A stretch of 54,089 bases of DNA, filler included, from Squatina squatina (Eukaryota), in NCBI GenBank assembly GCA_031763465.1. It is 3 parts of 3 records of this genome, joined end to end, with 100 filler letters (N's around TTAATTAATTAA, not from the genome) between each part and the next. Parts side by side here need not be neighbours in the genome. Positions count along the whole stretch, not along the records: positions 1 to 24,422 come from JARFOE010000057.1; positions 24,523 to 40,662 come from JARFOE010000222.1; 1 more part is not named here. One strand, given 5' to 3'. This document shows positions 13,388 to 26,121 of this stretch, one piece after another. Within the stretch, counting starts at the first letter, position 1, and every line of letters begins with the position of its first letter. The position numbers were made by a program, and so were the translations under genes. The notes under the pieces were generated by a model. That model had not been told where the DNA came from, did no database searches, and saw only the letters and a list, made by a program, of their open reading frames with translations.

Positions 13388-14090
13388 GTAAGATTGATTC
13401 TAAAGTCCAAGACAAAGGAAAATTGGCTCTCAAAGGCACAAGTTTGCAAAGATCTTCATCTGATGCTGGTAGAGACAGAGTTGGAGAAGCACGCAAACCT
13501 CCATCGGGTATTTCTAGGCCCTCTACTGGTAGTTCTTTTGGCTATAAGAAGCCTACGACAGGCACAGCAACAGTGATGACAGCTGGTGGAAACTCTGTAT
13601 CAGCAGGAAAAAATCAGAAATCCACAGGCATCCCTATTAAACCAACAAACTCCAGGAAAACTAGCCTTGATGTTTCCCAAAACAATGACGGCTTTATGTC
13701 ATCGGGTGCGAGGACAGCCGTGCAGTACCGTAGCTTGCCACGTCCAGCCAAATCAAGTTCTGTTAGCATCACTGGTCGAGGAGGTGTAAATAGGCCTGTG
13801 AGCAGCAACATTGATCCAAGCCTCATTAGCAGTAAGCATGGGGGCATCCCTGTTTCTCGTCTGAAAGAACCCTCAAAAATTGGTACGGGACGAACAAGTT
13901 CAGGACCAGTGAATCAAACTGATCGAGAGAAAGAAAAGGCAAAAGCAAAGGCAGTTGCTTCCGATACTGAATGTACAACTACGCCAAGTTCTACAAAGAC
14001 CACTTCAGCTTCAGAAAGTCACAGTAAATTGCAAGGAATGCGACAGCAAAGTTCCAAGTTCTCAGAGATGTCATCTCCAACAGCACAGAG
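13388..14090 (+). CDS. NAV1: NAV1 large internal exon (GKIDSK...QRSSSDAGRDR...QYRSLPRP...NQTDREKEKAKAKAVA...PTAQR)
   Basis: Boundaries ttgtag| and AG|gtaggc; phase 1 joins the previous exon; lies within the 253-aa ORF and has hallmark navigator motifs. Confidence 0.95.
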
Positions 14091-15208
14091 GTAGGCTGTG
14101 AGAATATTTAGATTTATGTATTTGGAATAAATTTTAATTATGCATATTTTTATTTTGACTTATTTTTCACTCGTTAAGCTAATTATTGGCTACCATAATT
14201 TTGCTAGCCATTTGGTTATGTGTTTTTTTTTTTAAATACTGGAAGGTCAATTTAATTTCCAAAATGTGTTGAGGCCAAAACAGTTCTCGTCTTTTTTTTA
14301 ATGGTTCCTGCCTTTTACTTTTGAAGATATTTGTCTTGTCTCTTCACTTCCATGTGGTTCAAAGGTACTTCTCCATGACCTCTGTCATACCAATTGACAG
14401 GCCATGCTTAGTTTGAAATGCTTTATTGCATCTTCCAGTAAACTCCATTTAGTAGCCCAGACAAGGGAACAAAACTCCAACAGAAGGACCTATCAGGCGA
14501 CCAACTAAGCCACCCGTTGGTTAATTAATAGTTATGTATCTTGTGTGTTCAATTAATTTTGTCTTATTGGAGCAGGGCAGATTGAATTGAAAACATTCTC
14601 ATTGTTGGAACCATGATTGTTTAGTAACAGCAATCCAAGAAACTAAGCCTAGCTACAAAGTCTCCGAAAGAACAATACAATTCTTGTAAGTGCTAGGTTT
14701 TTTATTTCTCCCCCACCCCCAAGACTTCTGTAACAGTCGCCACCTAATNNNNNNNNNNNNNNNNNNNNNNNNNNNNNNNNNNNNNNNNNNNNNNNNNNNN
14801 NNNNNNNNNNNNNNNNNNNNNNNNNNNNNNNNNNNNNNNNNNNNNNNNGCCCTATGTACTTAATATGTTTACATGATTTTAAAGTGTCTATTATTGATGT
14901 CTGGTTTTTAAGTGGTTTTGGCTTTCAATTCTGTGCTCTAGTAAGAAAGTACCCTGTTTTATTCTACATTGACTCAGGATATATTGTAATTTTTTCCATG
15001 CATTATATTAACCAAATAGTTAATTGATTATTTTCTTTTCCACCACAACATTAAGTTTATAACAATATAGGCTGTTTTAAAAATAGGACCGGTCCCTAAC
15101 AGAAAGAGAGACGGGGGCAGAGAGCACAACCGAAAAGGGGAAATAAACGGAAAGAACTGAAGGGAAAAGAAAGAACCCGACGCCAACCCTTGGGCAGANN
15201 NNNNNNNN

Positions 15209-15508
15209 ACTCCCTGATGTCCAGACAACTGGAATCAGCTTGACTCCATGTCTAACACCAAGTCCTGCTCCTGTCCTTAATGTAAATTCTAGTACCTTTA
15301 GTCAAGGGCTTGGCCTAGTTAGCAATTTCACAAACACCAAGGAAACCCTAATGTACCCTAAACTAAGTAGCCTGCACACCAGCATGGAGTCTTTGGATCT
15401 TCCATTGAGTGTTCCATGTTCATTCTCTGCGAGTGGTACACTTTCAAGGGAAGAGGATCACAGTGCGCTCACGTGGACTGGGAGTTCTAGATTCTCACAA
15501 ATGGAGAG
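15209..15508 (+). CDS. NAV1: NAV1 internal exon, 5' part lost in 10-N gap (LPDVQTTGISLTPCLTPSPAPVLNVNS...MYPKLSSLHTSMESL...QME)
   Basis: Matches NAV1 TPSPAPILNINSASFSQGL...MYPKLSGLHRSMESL; donor AG|gtaagt; start truncated by gap 15199-15208. Confidence 0.9.
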
Positions 15509-16181
15509 GTAAGTCAGTAATTTGATATATATATATATTAGGACTNNNNNNNNNNNNNNNNNNNNNNNNNNNNNNNNNNNNNNNNNNNNNNNNNNNNNNN
15601 NNNNNNNNNNNNNNNNNNNNNNNNNNNNNNNNNNNNNNNNNNNNNAATATAGCTTTAGTTCAATATGCGGTAAGTTTACACCATATAAAGTCATTGAGCA
15701 GATGTATAATGCAGAAGTATAAAGTGTGGTGCTCCATGAGCCATGCTATAGATTAATATAGATTGGGTTTGCAGTCCCCCATAACTCAAGAACTGTCTTG
15801 ATGAAGAAAGACCCCAGCAGGAACAGACAAAAAAACTGAGAGGTAAAGTCATTGTGAGACAGGCCGAATGCATGTTCAAACAGCCGGCTCAAGCATGAGA
15901 TTGACAGTAGGGTGACTGCCTGAACTTGCTGATTGAGGATGATGGTCAACCTAGGAAACCAAGAGAAGCAAACAATAAAATTAAATGTCCAAAGGTTAAA
16001 GCAATATTGGTGTAACTGTAAATTTAAAGCATGTCTCCCCATCCATTTTAATCACGCTCCATCAAATTGAATCCATTTTTCCCCCATGAATAATTCGTTA
16101 GTAATTCCATACCTATGGTGTAGTTGTTCCGTCTGTTCTTGTGTATGATGTTGTATCAGTGTTCCCTGTTTGTTTTTGTAG

Positions 16182-16223
16182 TGCACAACGTGACAGAAAT
16201 ACTCTGCCGAAAAAAGGACTAAG
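16182..16223 (+). CDS. NAV1: NAV1 42-nt exon (S)AQRDRNTLPKKGL(R)
   Basis: Boundaries ttttgtag| and AG|gtaaac; phase 2-2; DRNTLPKKGLR is a navigator motif; absent from the ORF track. Confidence 0.93.
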
Positions 16224-17239
16224 GTAAACTACCTTTTGGTGCAGTTTGTTTCATGTTTTGATATCAAAATCTAAATTCCAGACTAAGTGCCTGTGTAGCT
16301 ACAGAGGTAAAGCATAAGGCTTCTATTTAGAAGAACTCAATTTGGAACCATTTTGACCATGGTGGGTTTTGCCTCTGACAGACACCCAGCTGAACAATAT
16401 AAACTAGGGAGGCCAATTCAAGTGGCCCAAAATGGGCCGCAGCATTCGCAGCCCCACAGCTGGAAGTGTGCCACGCCAGCAGCGAGGAACTGGGATGCTG
16501 CCTTGGTGACTTAGTCACCATTCCAGGTCAGTGTAAAGTGGCAACGCAAAGACACTGACCCAGCAGTAACCCGGCCAATACTGCGTCACTGTTGGGTTCT
16601 GCCAGTGCAAGCCATGGCCCCACCCGCTGAAGTAAAGGCAAGGACTGCAGGCTTCAACAACGCATGGGGATCCAGGGCCACTACACCACCAGGGACCCCG
16701 GGACCTGCCGCTAAAAGTTGCCGGCACACCATAGAGTGTGCCAGCAAAGGCGGGGAAAGTGTCAGAGGGGAGATCGGCCACTACACATCGCGCCTTTAAT
16801 GAGCCTTGGCAACAACAGGGGAAACCTATAGNNNNNNNNNNNNNNNNNNNNNNNNNNNNNNNNNNNNNNNNNNNNNNNNNNNNNNNNNNNNNNNNNNNNN
16901 NNNNNNNNNNNNNNNNNNNNNNNNNNNNNNNTTTGCCAGCATGTAACCCTCAAACAAATGTTAATACAACTGCCGTGGCAGCAGCAGTAAAATTCAGAAG
17001 CTACAGACATAATTGTGCCAATGCAATTAGCATTAACACAAATACTGCGAGAGAAATATCTGCCCCACTTACCTGAATGAGATTCCGATTAATGAGCAGT
17101 TCTGTCCAAGCGCAAAGTGGACTACTATATCTTTATTTCTCTGTGTATCTCCTCACATCAAAGTCCACCTAAAGACTTGTTCCTGTTTTCACTTTGCAAT
17201 GTGCAGTTTAGCTGAATGTATTTATTGCTTCATTAACAG

Positions 17240-17425
17240 CAAGCCCCACTGTAGTGTCCCAGCTCAGCAGCCCCACTCCAAAAATGATGCGCTCAAACAG
17301 CATTCCAACTCATGACTCCTCTTTCGACTTGTATGGAAGCTTGCAGATGGGGAGCACGATTTCTTTGGCTGAAAGACCAAAAGGAATGATCCGATCGGGT
17401 TCATTTAGGGATCCTGTGGATGATG
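17240..17425 (+). CDS. NAV1: NAV1 exon (SPTVVSQ...RSNSIPTHD...SLAERPKGMIRSGSFRDPVDD)
   Basis: Boundaries taacag| and G|gtaaga; matches NAV1 RSNSIPTHE...MGSTLSLAERPKGMIRSGSFRDPTDD. Confidence 0.93.
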
Positions 17426-17587
17426 GTAAGATTAAATGTTTTCACTTTCAACCAATATTAAGTGAATCTTTTTTGAGATACTTAATGTTGCAGGATTATT
17501 TGGCAACATAAGTAGTTGTTATTTTGAAACCATTACCCAGACAAAGCTCATCCAACTTAAACTAATCCTGCCATAGCAGACAGGGTG

Positions 17588-17645
17588 TATATTTATTTAG
17601 TGCCTTTCATGACCTCAGGATCTCCCGAAGCAATTTGCAGGTAAT
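17588..17645 (-). mobile_element. SINE 3' tail fragment, antisense
   Basis: ctttcatgacctcaggat is the reverse complement of the atcctgaggttgtgaaag-type tail at 3552-3569. Confidence 0.5.
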
Positions 17646-18171
17646 GAACATTAAGGACACAAATTATGAACGTTAATATCTGTGAAACTTGATACTGAAC
17701 CTTTCTGTCTAATAATCATTTTATACCATTCATAACACTCAAACAATATTTTTATCCTAGTGGCAATATTAACATTTTCATCATGTGATGTTGCAGTGGT
17801 CGTTTGCTTAATCAACTGATGGTTCAAAGAGGTGACAAAATAACTTAACAAGAATATCATGTTCAGGAAGGAATTGTTGCCCTTTAAAATAACCTGGATG
17901 CTGTGATGTTGTTAACTCGAATTGCAATTTTGACTGATATTTTGAATTGCATGTCCCCTAATGAGTAATTTCATTAGTTTTGGCCCAGACAGTTACACAG
18001 ATTGAGTGCCTTGTGGTNNNNNNNNNNNNNNNNNNNNNNNNNNNNNNNNNNNNNNNNNNNNNNNNNNNNNNNNNNNNNNNNNNNNNNNNNNNNNNNNNNN
18101 NNNNNNNNNNNNNNNNNTTGTAGTTACAACACGATAATCAATTTGAGTTAATGTGGGATTCTTTGTTACAG

Positions 18172-18249
18172 CAAATTCGCAAACTGCGTAGGGAACTTGA
18201 ATCCTCACATGACAAGGTTTCTGCACTTACATCACAACTATCTACTAAT
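18172..18249 (+). CDS. NAV1: NAV1 coiled-coil exon QIRKLRRELESSHDKVSALTSQLSTN
   Basis: Boundaries ttacag| and |gtaagt; 78 nt, phase 0-0; matches NAV1 QIRKLRRELESSQEKVATLTSQLSAN. Confidence 0.94.
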
Positions 18250-18859
18250 GTAAGTTGTTTCTTTGTACTTTCTTCATAGTGACAGGCATAAAACAACACC
18301 CGATATACCTGTTATTGCTTTTCTGCTAAAAGTAGTGTGATAATGACTGAAGTCATAAAACTGTGCACTGCAAGGAATATTCAGAATGATGGCTGGCTTT
18401 TCATGGTTGATTGCATGCATCACCAAAACTAACCGGGAACACCATCCATATCTGTAATTTAGTGTGAGATTGAGTTACCAAAAATAAACAAGCATTGGTA
18501 ATGTCGAACAACGAATGGAGAATATAGCAGTTGATGAACACACTGGGGCCAGTGTTTCTTGAGCATGCTTTGAGCTAACCTCACACAACAATGCAAAGGC
18601 AGCATGTAGTGCATGGTACTCCAGAAGCGTTAAGGGAGTCATGAGTCAAATTACTGGATGCAGTAGCTGGTGAAGAGTTGAAGTTTCTTTTTGACCACCA
18701 GATTAGTACATCAAGTCCCCAGAGAATAATAAGCCATTGGAGTCCAGGGAAATGGTGGGGCAAGGTAAGGGTGGCCCCGGGTTAAAGGAGAGGCAATAAA
18801 TAATTAAAATTAGCCCATCTTCACATTTCTCCCTTAAACCATCCACTCCAAATGGGCAC

Positions 18860-19194
18860 TGAGGTGGCAAAATTCTGCTGGGGCGTCCACAGGGTGGTGA
18901 AGCTCAGGAACCGGCATTTTCAGCACTGGCTCCCGAAACTTCGCCCCTATTTCCCGTACCACGGTGGGAGTGAGGGGGAGTGATGTCCATCTCGTTCCCG
19001 GGGTCATACAGGGGTGTACAGCCGCAGACTTCACCAGTGTGGCGTTGATGTCCGACGCGGCACGATCCCCCCCCCTTAAAGGGGAGGGCCATCAGCTATC
19101 CTGATGACTGTCTCGCGGCCCATCACTGGGCCACCAGCATGGCCACTGACGTGCCAGGCGAGCGGATAGTGGCCCGGTTGGTGGGGGGTTGCGG
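18860..19194. repeat. GC-rich interspersed repeat
   Basis: Starts ggtggcaaaatt; contains ccccttaaaggggaggg; runs into a gap. Confidence 0.5.
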
Positions 19195-20366
19195 NNNNNN
19201 NNNNNNNNNNNNNNNNNNNNNNNNNNNNNNNNNNNNNNNNNNNNNNNNNNNNNNNNNNNNNNNNNNNNNNNNNNNNNNNNNNNNNNNNNNNNNNNNNNNN
19301 NNNNNNNNNNNNNNNNNNNNNNNNNNNNNNNNNNNNNNNNNNNNNNNNNNNNNNNNNNNNNNNNNNNNNNNNNNNNNNNNNNNNNNNNNNNNNNNNNNNN
19401 NNNNNNNNNNNNNNNNNNNNNNNNNNNNNNNNNNNNNNNNNNNNNNNNNNNNNNNNNNNNNNNNNNNNNNNNNNNNNNNNNNNNNNNNNNNNNNNNNNNN
19501 NNNNNNNNNNNNNNNNNNNNNNNNNNNNNNNNNNNNNNNNNNNNNNNNNNNNNNNNNNNNNNNNNNNNNNNNNNNNNNNNNNNNNNNNNNNNNNNNNNNN
19601 NNNNNNNNNNNNNNNNNNNNNNNNNNNNNNNNNNNNNNNNNNNNNNNNNNNNNNNNNNNNNNNNNNNNNNNNNNNNNNNNNNNNNNNNNNNNNNNNNNNN
19701 NNNNNNNNNNNNNNNNNNNNNNNNNNNNNNNNNNNNNNNNNNNNNNNNNNNNNNNNNNNNNNNNNNNNNNNNNNNNNNNNNNNNNNNNNNNNNNNNNNNN
19801 NNNNNNNNNNNNNNNNNNNNNNNNNNNNNNNNNNNNNNNNNNNNNNNNNNNNNNNNNNNNNNNNNNNNNNNNNNNNNNNNNNNNNNNNNNNNNNNNNNNN
19901 NNNNNNNNNNNNNNNNNNNNNNNNNNNNNNNNNNNNNNNNNNNNNNNNNNNNNNNNNNNNNNNNNNNNNNNNNNNNNNNNNNNNNNNNNNNNNNNNNNNN
20001 NNNNNNNNNNNNNNNNNNNNNNNNNNNNNNNNNNNNNNNNNNNNNNNNNNNNNNNNNNNNNNNNNNNNNNNNNNNNNNNNNNNNNNNNNNNNNNNNNNNN
20101 NNNNNNNNNNNNNNNNNNGGTCAAAGTCGACTATCAGGAGGAACTGCACTTTTTGAGCACTCAAAATGTAGAAAACTGCTATTTTTATTTTGTTTGCTTT
20201 GTAATAAGAGATTCAATTAGTGTGAGTTGGAACAAATGTAATTATAAAACTAAAATGTATCTTTTATGTGAATGCTTTTGAACATTTGTTAATGTGCTTT
20301 TATGATAGACAAGGTTAAAAAAAAAGTTATCTCCTTACTTAGTATTTTCCTCCTCCTAATTTTTAG

Positions 20367-20450
20367 GCTCATCTTGTGGCAGCATTTGAGCAGAGTTTGA
20401 CTAATATGACATCTCGGCTGCAGAACCTTGCCGTGACAGCAGAACAAAAG
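20367..20450 (+). CDS. NAV1: NAV1 coiled-coil exon AHLVAAFEQSLTNMTSRLQNLAVTAEQK
   Basis: Boundaries ttttag| and |gtcagt; 84 nt, phase 0-0; matches ANLVAAFEQSLVNMTSRL. Confidence 0.94.
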
Positions 20451-21884
20451 GTCAGTGAGAACCAAACTCGGATGCTTTTGAAATCTAATCTTAGATTAAA
20501 TAAAGTCATATCTCAGTGAAGTACCATGTTCATTACATCCATGTTTAAGGGGAGGATAAGGAAGCTAGTGATACAATGAGATAATAATCAAACTACTGTT
20601 TCAACGAAGCCTACACCAGGTCACATGTTGCCAAGCTCTACATTGCTAAGGTACAGTATGATCTCAGTCACCAAGTAATCATGTGTGGGAGTATACTCAT
20701 GAAGAAAAAAAAAAATCAATGGAAAATTGCCATCTGTTCTATCGTGTTGACAGATGGTGCATAGCAGGAGTTTCTGCTATAACAGGGTAAGTAATACAGA
20801 AGATGATTCATTGCAATAATAATATTTTGGATGCTGAGTGAAGGTGGCTTTTATGAGTGAGGAGCAACAAGGCAAATTCTGATATTAGTATGAAAATAGG
20901 AAACTCTATAAGGAGCTGCTGTGTACTTCAGAAAGGAGAAGGAAAGCACCGCCAAGTAATGTAGCAGCCGAGATGCTTCCTAAACCCTGATATGGTTGTA
21001 GATTGGAAACATGGCACAGGTGTATATTCCAGTCCACTGACCAATATGACTGGGTTTCTTCAATTTAAGCCCTTTGTTAAAACTNNNNNNNNNNNNNNNN
21101 NNNNNNNNNNNNNNNNNNNNNNNNNNNNNNNNNNNNNNNNNNNNNNNNNNNNNNNNNNNNNNNNNNNNNNNNNNNNNNNNNNNNNNNNNNNNNNNNNNNN
21201 NNNNNNNNNNNNNNNNNNNNNNNNNNNNNNNNNNNNNNNNNNNNNNNNNNNNNNNNNNNNNNNNNNNNNNNNNNNNNNNNNNNNNNNNNNNNNNNNNNNN
21301 NNNNNNNNNNNNNNNNNNNNNNNNNNNNNNNNNNNNNNNNNNNNNNNNNNNNNNNNNNNNNNNNNNNNNNNNNNNNNNNNNNNNNNNNNNNNNNNNNNNN
21401 NNNNNNNNNNNNNNNNNNNNNNNNNNNNNNNNNNNNNNNNNNNNNNNNNNNNNNNNNNNNNNNNNNNNNNNNNNNNNNNNNNNNNNNNNNNNNNNNNNNN
21501 NNNNNNNNNNNNNNNNNNNNNNNNNNNNNNNNNNNNNNNNNNNNNNNNNNNNNNNNNNNNNNNNNNNNNCCCCTGCTCAGCTCAAACAGAGGAGCTTACA
21601 CAGTCCCTGCTCACTTCACACAGCCTCTCCGCGCCCCTATTCACTGCCCGGGCTTGACTCTCAGTGCTCTGGTTCAGCTCACATGCTCCCTATTCAGTGA
21701 ACACAGCCCTTGTTCACTGCCTGGGCCCGGCTCACACAGCTGCTGCTCCGGTCAACCTAACCCAACCCAACCACCACAGAGCAATACAATTCTTCCTTCC
21801 ATCAGAAGGGGTGATTCACAGAGAAATACAATGGAACCCAATCTGACTTCTCTCACCTGTGCTGGATTATATGAGCTGAGGCCT

Positions 21885-22157
21885 GTGTCCCCGCTGAAAA
21901 AATCAGGCGTTGTCACCGCTGGATTTAGTGCACACTGACACTGTGCAATTCTGGACGGGTGGCCATTTTGGGCGGCGCACGCACTTATGATGTCACAGCG
22001 CCGTGATAACCCTAAAGCCAGCGCCTCAAGCCTTATGGGTTGTGTGCCGGTGCAAACGGGAGCCAAATTTTGCGCCCGCGTTTTTGCGCCTAAAGTGCCT
22101 CTACGCCAGTTTTGCGCCGATTTCGCGCTAGAGGTTTTACCTCGAATTGGCCGCCCT
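21885..22157. repeat. CpG-rich interspersed repeat fragment
   Basis: CpG-rich; ends gaattggccgccc like other element termini. Confidence 0.45.
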
Positions 22158-22207
22158 TAGTTCTTCCTTTTGATGGTAATTACTTTTTTTGTCTTGACTT
22201 CAAACAG

Positions 22208-22319
22208 GATACTGAGTTATTTGATCTTAAAGAAACAATTGACATGTTGCACAAAAAGAATGCAGAAGCACAGGCTGTTATACAAGGAGCACTGAACAAT
22301 CCTGACCTAACACCCAAAG
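22208..22319 (+). CDS. NAV1: NAV1 exon DTELFDLKETIDMLHKKNAEAQAVIQGALNNPDLTPK
   Basis: Boundaries aaacag| and G|gtaatt; matches DTELLDLRETIDFLKKKNSEAQAVIQGALN. Confidence 0.94.
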
Positions 22320-22568
22320 GTAATTCTTATTCTGTTGGTACAAGAACTGGACAGCAGCTGCTCTTCAATCATCGAAACTTAGCAAGCAAAATNNNNNNNN
22401 NNNNNNNNNNNNNNNNNNNNNNNNNNNNNNNNNNNNNNNNNNNNNNNNNNNNNNNNNNNNNNNNNNNNNNNNNNNNNNNNNNNNNNNNNNNNACACGAGC
22501 ATCCAAATTTACAATATGTTCTACTGTTCCCCATGGGAGCAAATCAGAAAATCTGTACATGCAGCGTC

Positions 22569-23190
22569 AAAACCCAATAATCAAAAATCAGAAATAGAAT
22601 TTCGTATATGGTCAGTTCCTAGTTGGATCACAAAAAGTAAAAGTGATTAAGGATCATTTTAAAATCTGGGCATTTTTATGGGGGGCGGGGGGTGGTGTAA
22701 AAGAAATGCAAAAACTTAAAAGAACCTTCCGTACAGGTGCAGGACCTCAGTTGGGCCAATCTGGCGTGTTTGAGAAATCAATGTCATTGGAGGTATAGAA
22801 GAACTTTTTTTCTCCACACATTTTTAACCTAAAAAAGGTTCCTGACAAGAATGAAAGAAGTGGAAGAATTTAAGTTCAAACACAGCAATATCAGACATCA
22901 TGCAGATTAGTCCCAGCTGGAATACAGTGATAAAACAATTATGCTTTTGTGTTTTCTATTAAAGTTTGCAGGGTAACATTTGTTTAAGAATGGCCATGAT
23001 TTTATTCAAAATGGTATTTCCCATCATTTTTAGGTCTTTCCCATATTACACACCATCTAAGTCAGGTAAATGACCTACCCCCAAACTTCTGCCATAACAA
23101 CATGGTGTAAAAACCCTAGAATCAAAAATCAGAAATAGAATTTAGTATATTGTCAGTTTCTAATTGGATCAGAAAAAGTAAAAGCGATTA
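22569..23190 (+). repeat. Direct repeat of about 80 bp (22569-22649 and 23110-23190)
   Basis: aatcaaaaatcagaaatagaattt...gtcagtt...ttggatca.aaaaagtaaaag.gatta occurs twice, 541 bp apart. Confidence 0.85.
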
Positions 23191-24258
23191 TATTAGCTGA
23201 CTTTTTGGAGTCCCTGACAATTACAATGGGAAAACTCACATCCTCGCGCTTAAAGCCATCAGTAGCCTGAGGTTGATGTTGCAATCTTGGCAAAGTAATG
23301 GTGAGCTGGCTGCCCAATAATAAAAGGTCAACTCATTTCAATATTTTTGTAGCACCCCCAACTTTTGGATCATGGTGGGTGGGGGGAGATGGTTGGAGAT
23401 CGTGGCAGCAAGGCAAGAGGCTGGAGGGAGACATGCCATCAGGGAAGGGAGGAGGCTGAAGGCTTCCTATAAGGGGCCGAGGGAGCGCTACTGCTCCTCC
23501 TGGCCCACAAGGAGTGCTGTAAAAAGCACTTGCCTTGTGGAGCCAGCAGCCAACAAATTTTAAATTGGGCTCCCAAGTGCACTGTGGGAGCCCTATTTCA
23601 ATATGTTAATGAAATTTCCCACCTCTCCACTGTGGGACACTCAGGCATCTCAATATCTGCCGTCATTACAGTGATGGGCACGTGCGCATTGTGTTGGGGA
23701 TGTGTTTCCCAAATATTTAACCTCCCCCGACCCTCTCTCGCCCACTGTGGCGGTGTTGATATCAAGGCCTATGAGATGCTTTCCTATGTTTATTATTTCT
23801 GCTAGAGTAGATCCTTAGTATGTCGTTAGAATTTAGCTGGAAATTGCAAACAAAGGAAATCTTCCCACCATGCTTAACCTGTCACTACACATAGCAACCA
23901 CAGACAATCTTCCTCACAAATTACAGACTTTGGTGATGAGAAACACGACACCTAGCATCTTTTATTCTGATTTGGTATATTTTCGCGTAGTGTGAATTAA
24001 TTGATCAACTTGGGTAATTAGCCAAAATATTTTCAGAATATTTAGGAACTCACCAACAATGAAATCTGGCTTCCCGGACCAATTCTGTTCGTATATAGAC
24101 TGATCTCATAGAAAATGTTAATCAATTGTGATTTTGATTTGAGAAATTTCCCTTGGTTTTTAATAAAATGAAGCATAGATGAGAAATATTAGAACTTTAT
24201 CTTAAAACCGATCCGATGTATCAAATGGTAGCTGTGTAAGCTTTGTCTCATTCAACAG

Positions 24259-24380
24259 AATTACGTATAAAGAGGCAGAATTCATCAGACAGTATCTCCA
24301 GCCTCAACAGCATAACGAGCCATTCTAGTATTGGGAGTGGGAAAGACGCTGACGCCAAAAAGAAGAAAAAGAAAAGCTGG
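24259..24380 (+). CDS. NAV1: NAV1 exon (E)LRIKRQNSSDSISSLNSITSHSSIGSGKDADAKKKKKKSW
   Basis: Boundaries caacag| and |gtaggt; near-identical to recalled human NAV1; gene continues beyond the scaffold end. Confidence 0.95.
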
Positions 24381-24422
24381 GTAGGTTATGCTTTTATTTG
24401 CATGACAGTCAAATGTGATACA

Positions 24423-24522
24423 NNNNNNNNNNNNNNNNNNNNNNNNNNNNNNNNNNNNNNNNNNNNTTAATTAATTAANNNNNNNNNNNNNNNNNNNNNN
24501 NNNNNNNNNNNNNNNNNNNNNN
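24423..24522. other. Artificial scaffold linker N44-TTAATTAATTAA-N44
   Basis: 12-mer giving stops in all six frames, centred in exactly 100 nt; gene content switches from NAV1 to FOXP2 across it. Confidence 0.92.
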
Positions 24523-24691
24523 AGGAGCCAACAATGGTTGGAAAGTAGTATGGCACTCACTTACCATCCGGTTCCCAAACAAGATGGCTGAATGAAGGAG
24601 TGTTTTACTCCAAGCGTTAATTCACTCAATTGCTGTGGTGTGCCAATTAGCCTGGCAGAGCGAGACATCTAATACTCTAGTACCCCTTCTT

Positions 24692-24770
24692 ACATAGAAT
24701 TTAGAAATTACAGCACAGAAACAGGCCATATGGCCCAACTGGTCTATACCGGTGTTTCTGCTCTGCATGA
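24692..24770 (-). mobile_element. CR1/SINE 3' tail, antisense
   Basis: catagaatttagaaattacagcacagaaacaggccat is the reverse complement of a CR1-type tail. Confidence 0.5.
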
Positions 24771-25077
24771 ATCTGTTATTGTAGTGATGAGTTGCTCATT
24801 CAATGCATTCTCGCCACTCAGTGGAATGCACATACTGGAGAGGCTGAAATGTAAAAGCTAGACTTTTCATTTAAAGGTGAGCTCCTGCAAATTTTCTTTT
24901 CACAATCTAGGTTCTCGTGCACTCTGGGAATTCATGCAAAGCTCCACTAGCATTGGCTTTGAGAGAAGAGGATTGGTAAGTAGCCATCAAAGTCAGTATG
25001 GCCCTGAATGTTATTCATTGGATTCCTTCCGGACTAGCACTGAGAGCATCTGCAGTGTCAGGCAGTTTTCTGACCAC

Positions 25078-25292
25078 AGAAGGACAAGGGCAGCGGGCGC
25101 ATGGGAACACCACCACCTCCAAGTTCCGTTTCAAGTCATATACCATCCTGACCTGGAAATATATCACCATTCCTTCATCGTCGCTGGGTCAAAATCCTGC
25201 AACTCCCCCGCTAGCACTGTGGGAGTATCTTCACCACATGGACTGCAGCAGTTCAAGAAGGCATCTCACTATCACCTTCTTAGAGGAAATTA
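25078..25292 (+). mobile_element. Second copy of the same LINE 3' end
   Basis: Collinear with 1781-1996 (agaaggacaagggcagc...gggtcaaaatcctg...gttcaagaagg). Confidence 0.75.
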
Positions 25293-25959
25293 AATCCCTA
25301 TGCAATTCCGCACTCATCTGCCTCTCCTGTTTCTACTAAAGAATAAAATATAGGAGCGAATAATGCTGAAGGGATTGCCATTCTTTCCTGGCTCGTACAG
25401 CATTACTTTAAATAGGGACGATTCCATCATCCGGAGCTTCCAGCGAGGAGCAGCGCTCAGAGGGAGTTCATCCCCGGATATTGAGGCCGCACAGCTGCAA
25501 TTTCCCACAATGCACTCTCTGCAAGCACCGTCCCTCGCTGCGAGCATGGAATTGGCCCTGTGTTTGCGTTCCTTAAAATAGCTAAAATATGTAACAGTCT
25601 TAGTTAAAATTCCTGTCAGTCATAACTTTGTAAGACTCTTAGAGGACAAATTTGCACTGTCATGGGGACAGAGTGGGGAAGTGGGACTAATTGGTTGGTC
25701 TTTCAAATTGCCTCCTTCTGTGTTGTAAGATTCTATGACTTTTTTCTGTCAATAGGTTGTGATTTTACAAAAAACTTTGGCTATTTGCTTAATCTTGTCT
25801 TTTCTGGTCGTCACTAATCTCATCATGTTCCTTTAAAGGTCTAAACAATGGACTTTATGTATACACTGTAGCAAAAATGTCGATTTGAATGTAACATTGC
25901 TTATTATGATGTCTAATAGAGTTACAAGAATAGCAATTGTTGTATACTAAAGCACCTGA

Positions 25960-26079
<120 letters not shown>

Positions 26080-26121
26080 TAGTACTTTGTGAGCAATAAG
26101 CGTATCAAAATAAATCATATT

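Noticed and set aside
14631-14685. Possible small NAV1 exon bounded by taacag and gtaagt
   Set aside because: In the required phase 2 it hits TAA after a few codons and shows no navigator similarity
19076-21700. Long ORFs of 200-380 aa in the track (also 28941-29897 and 37068-37955)
   Set aside because: Composed almost entirely of N-gap translation
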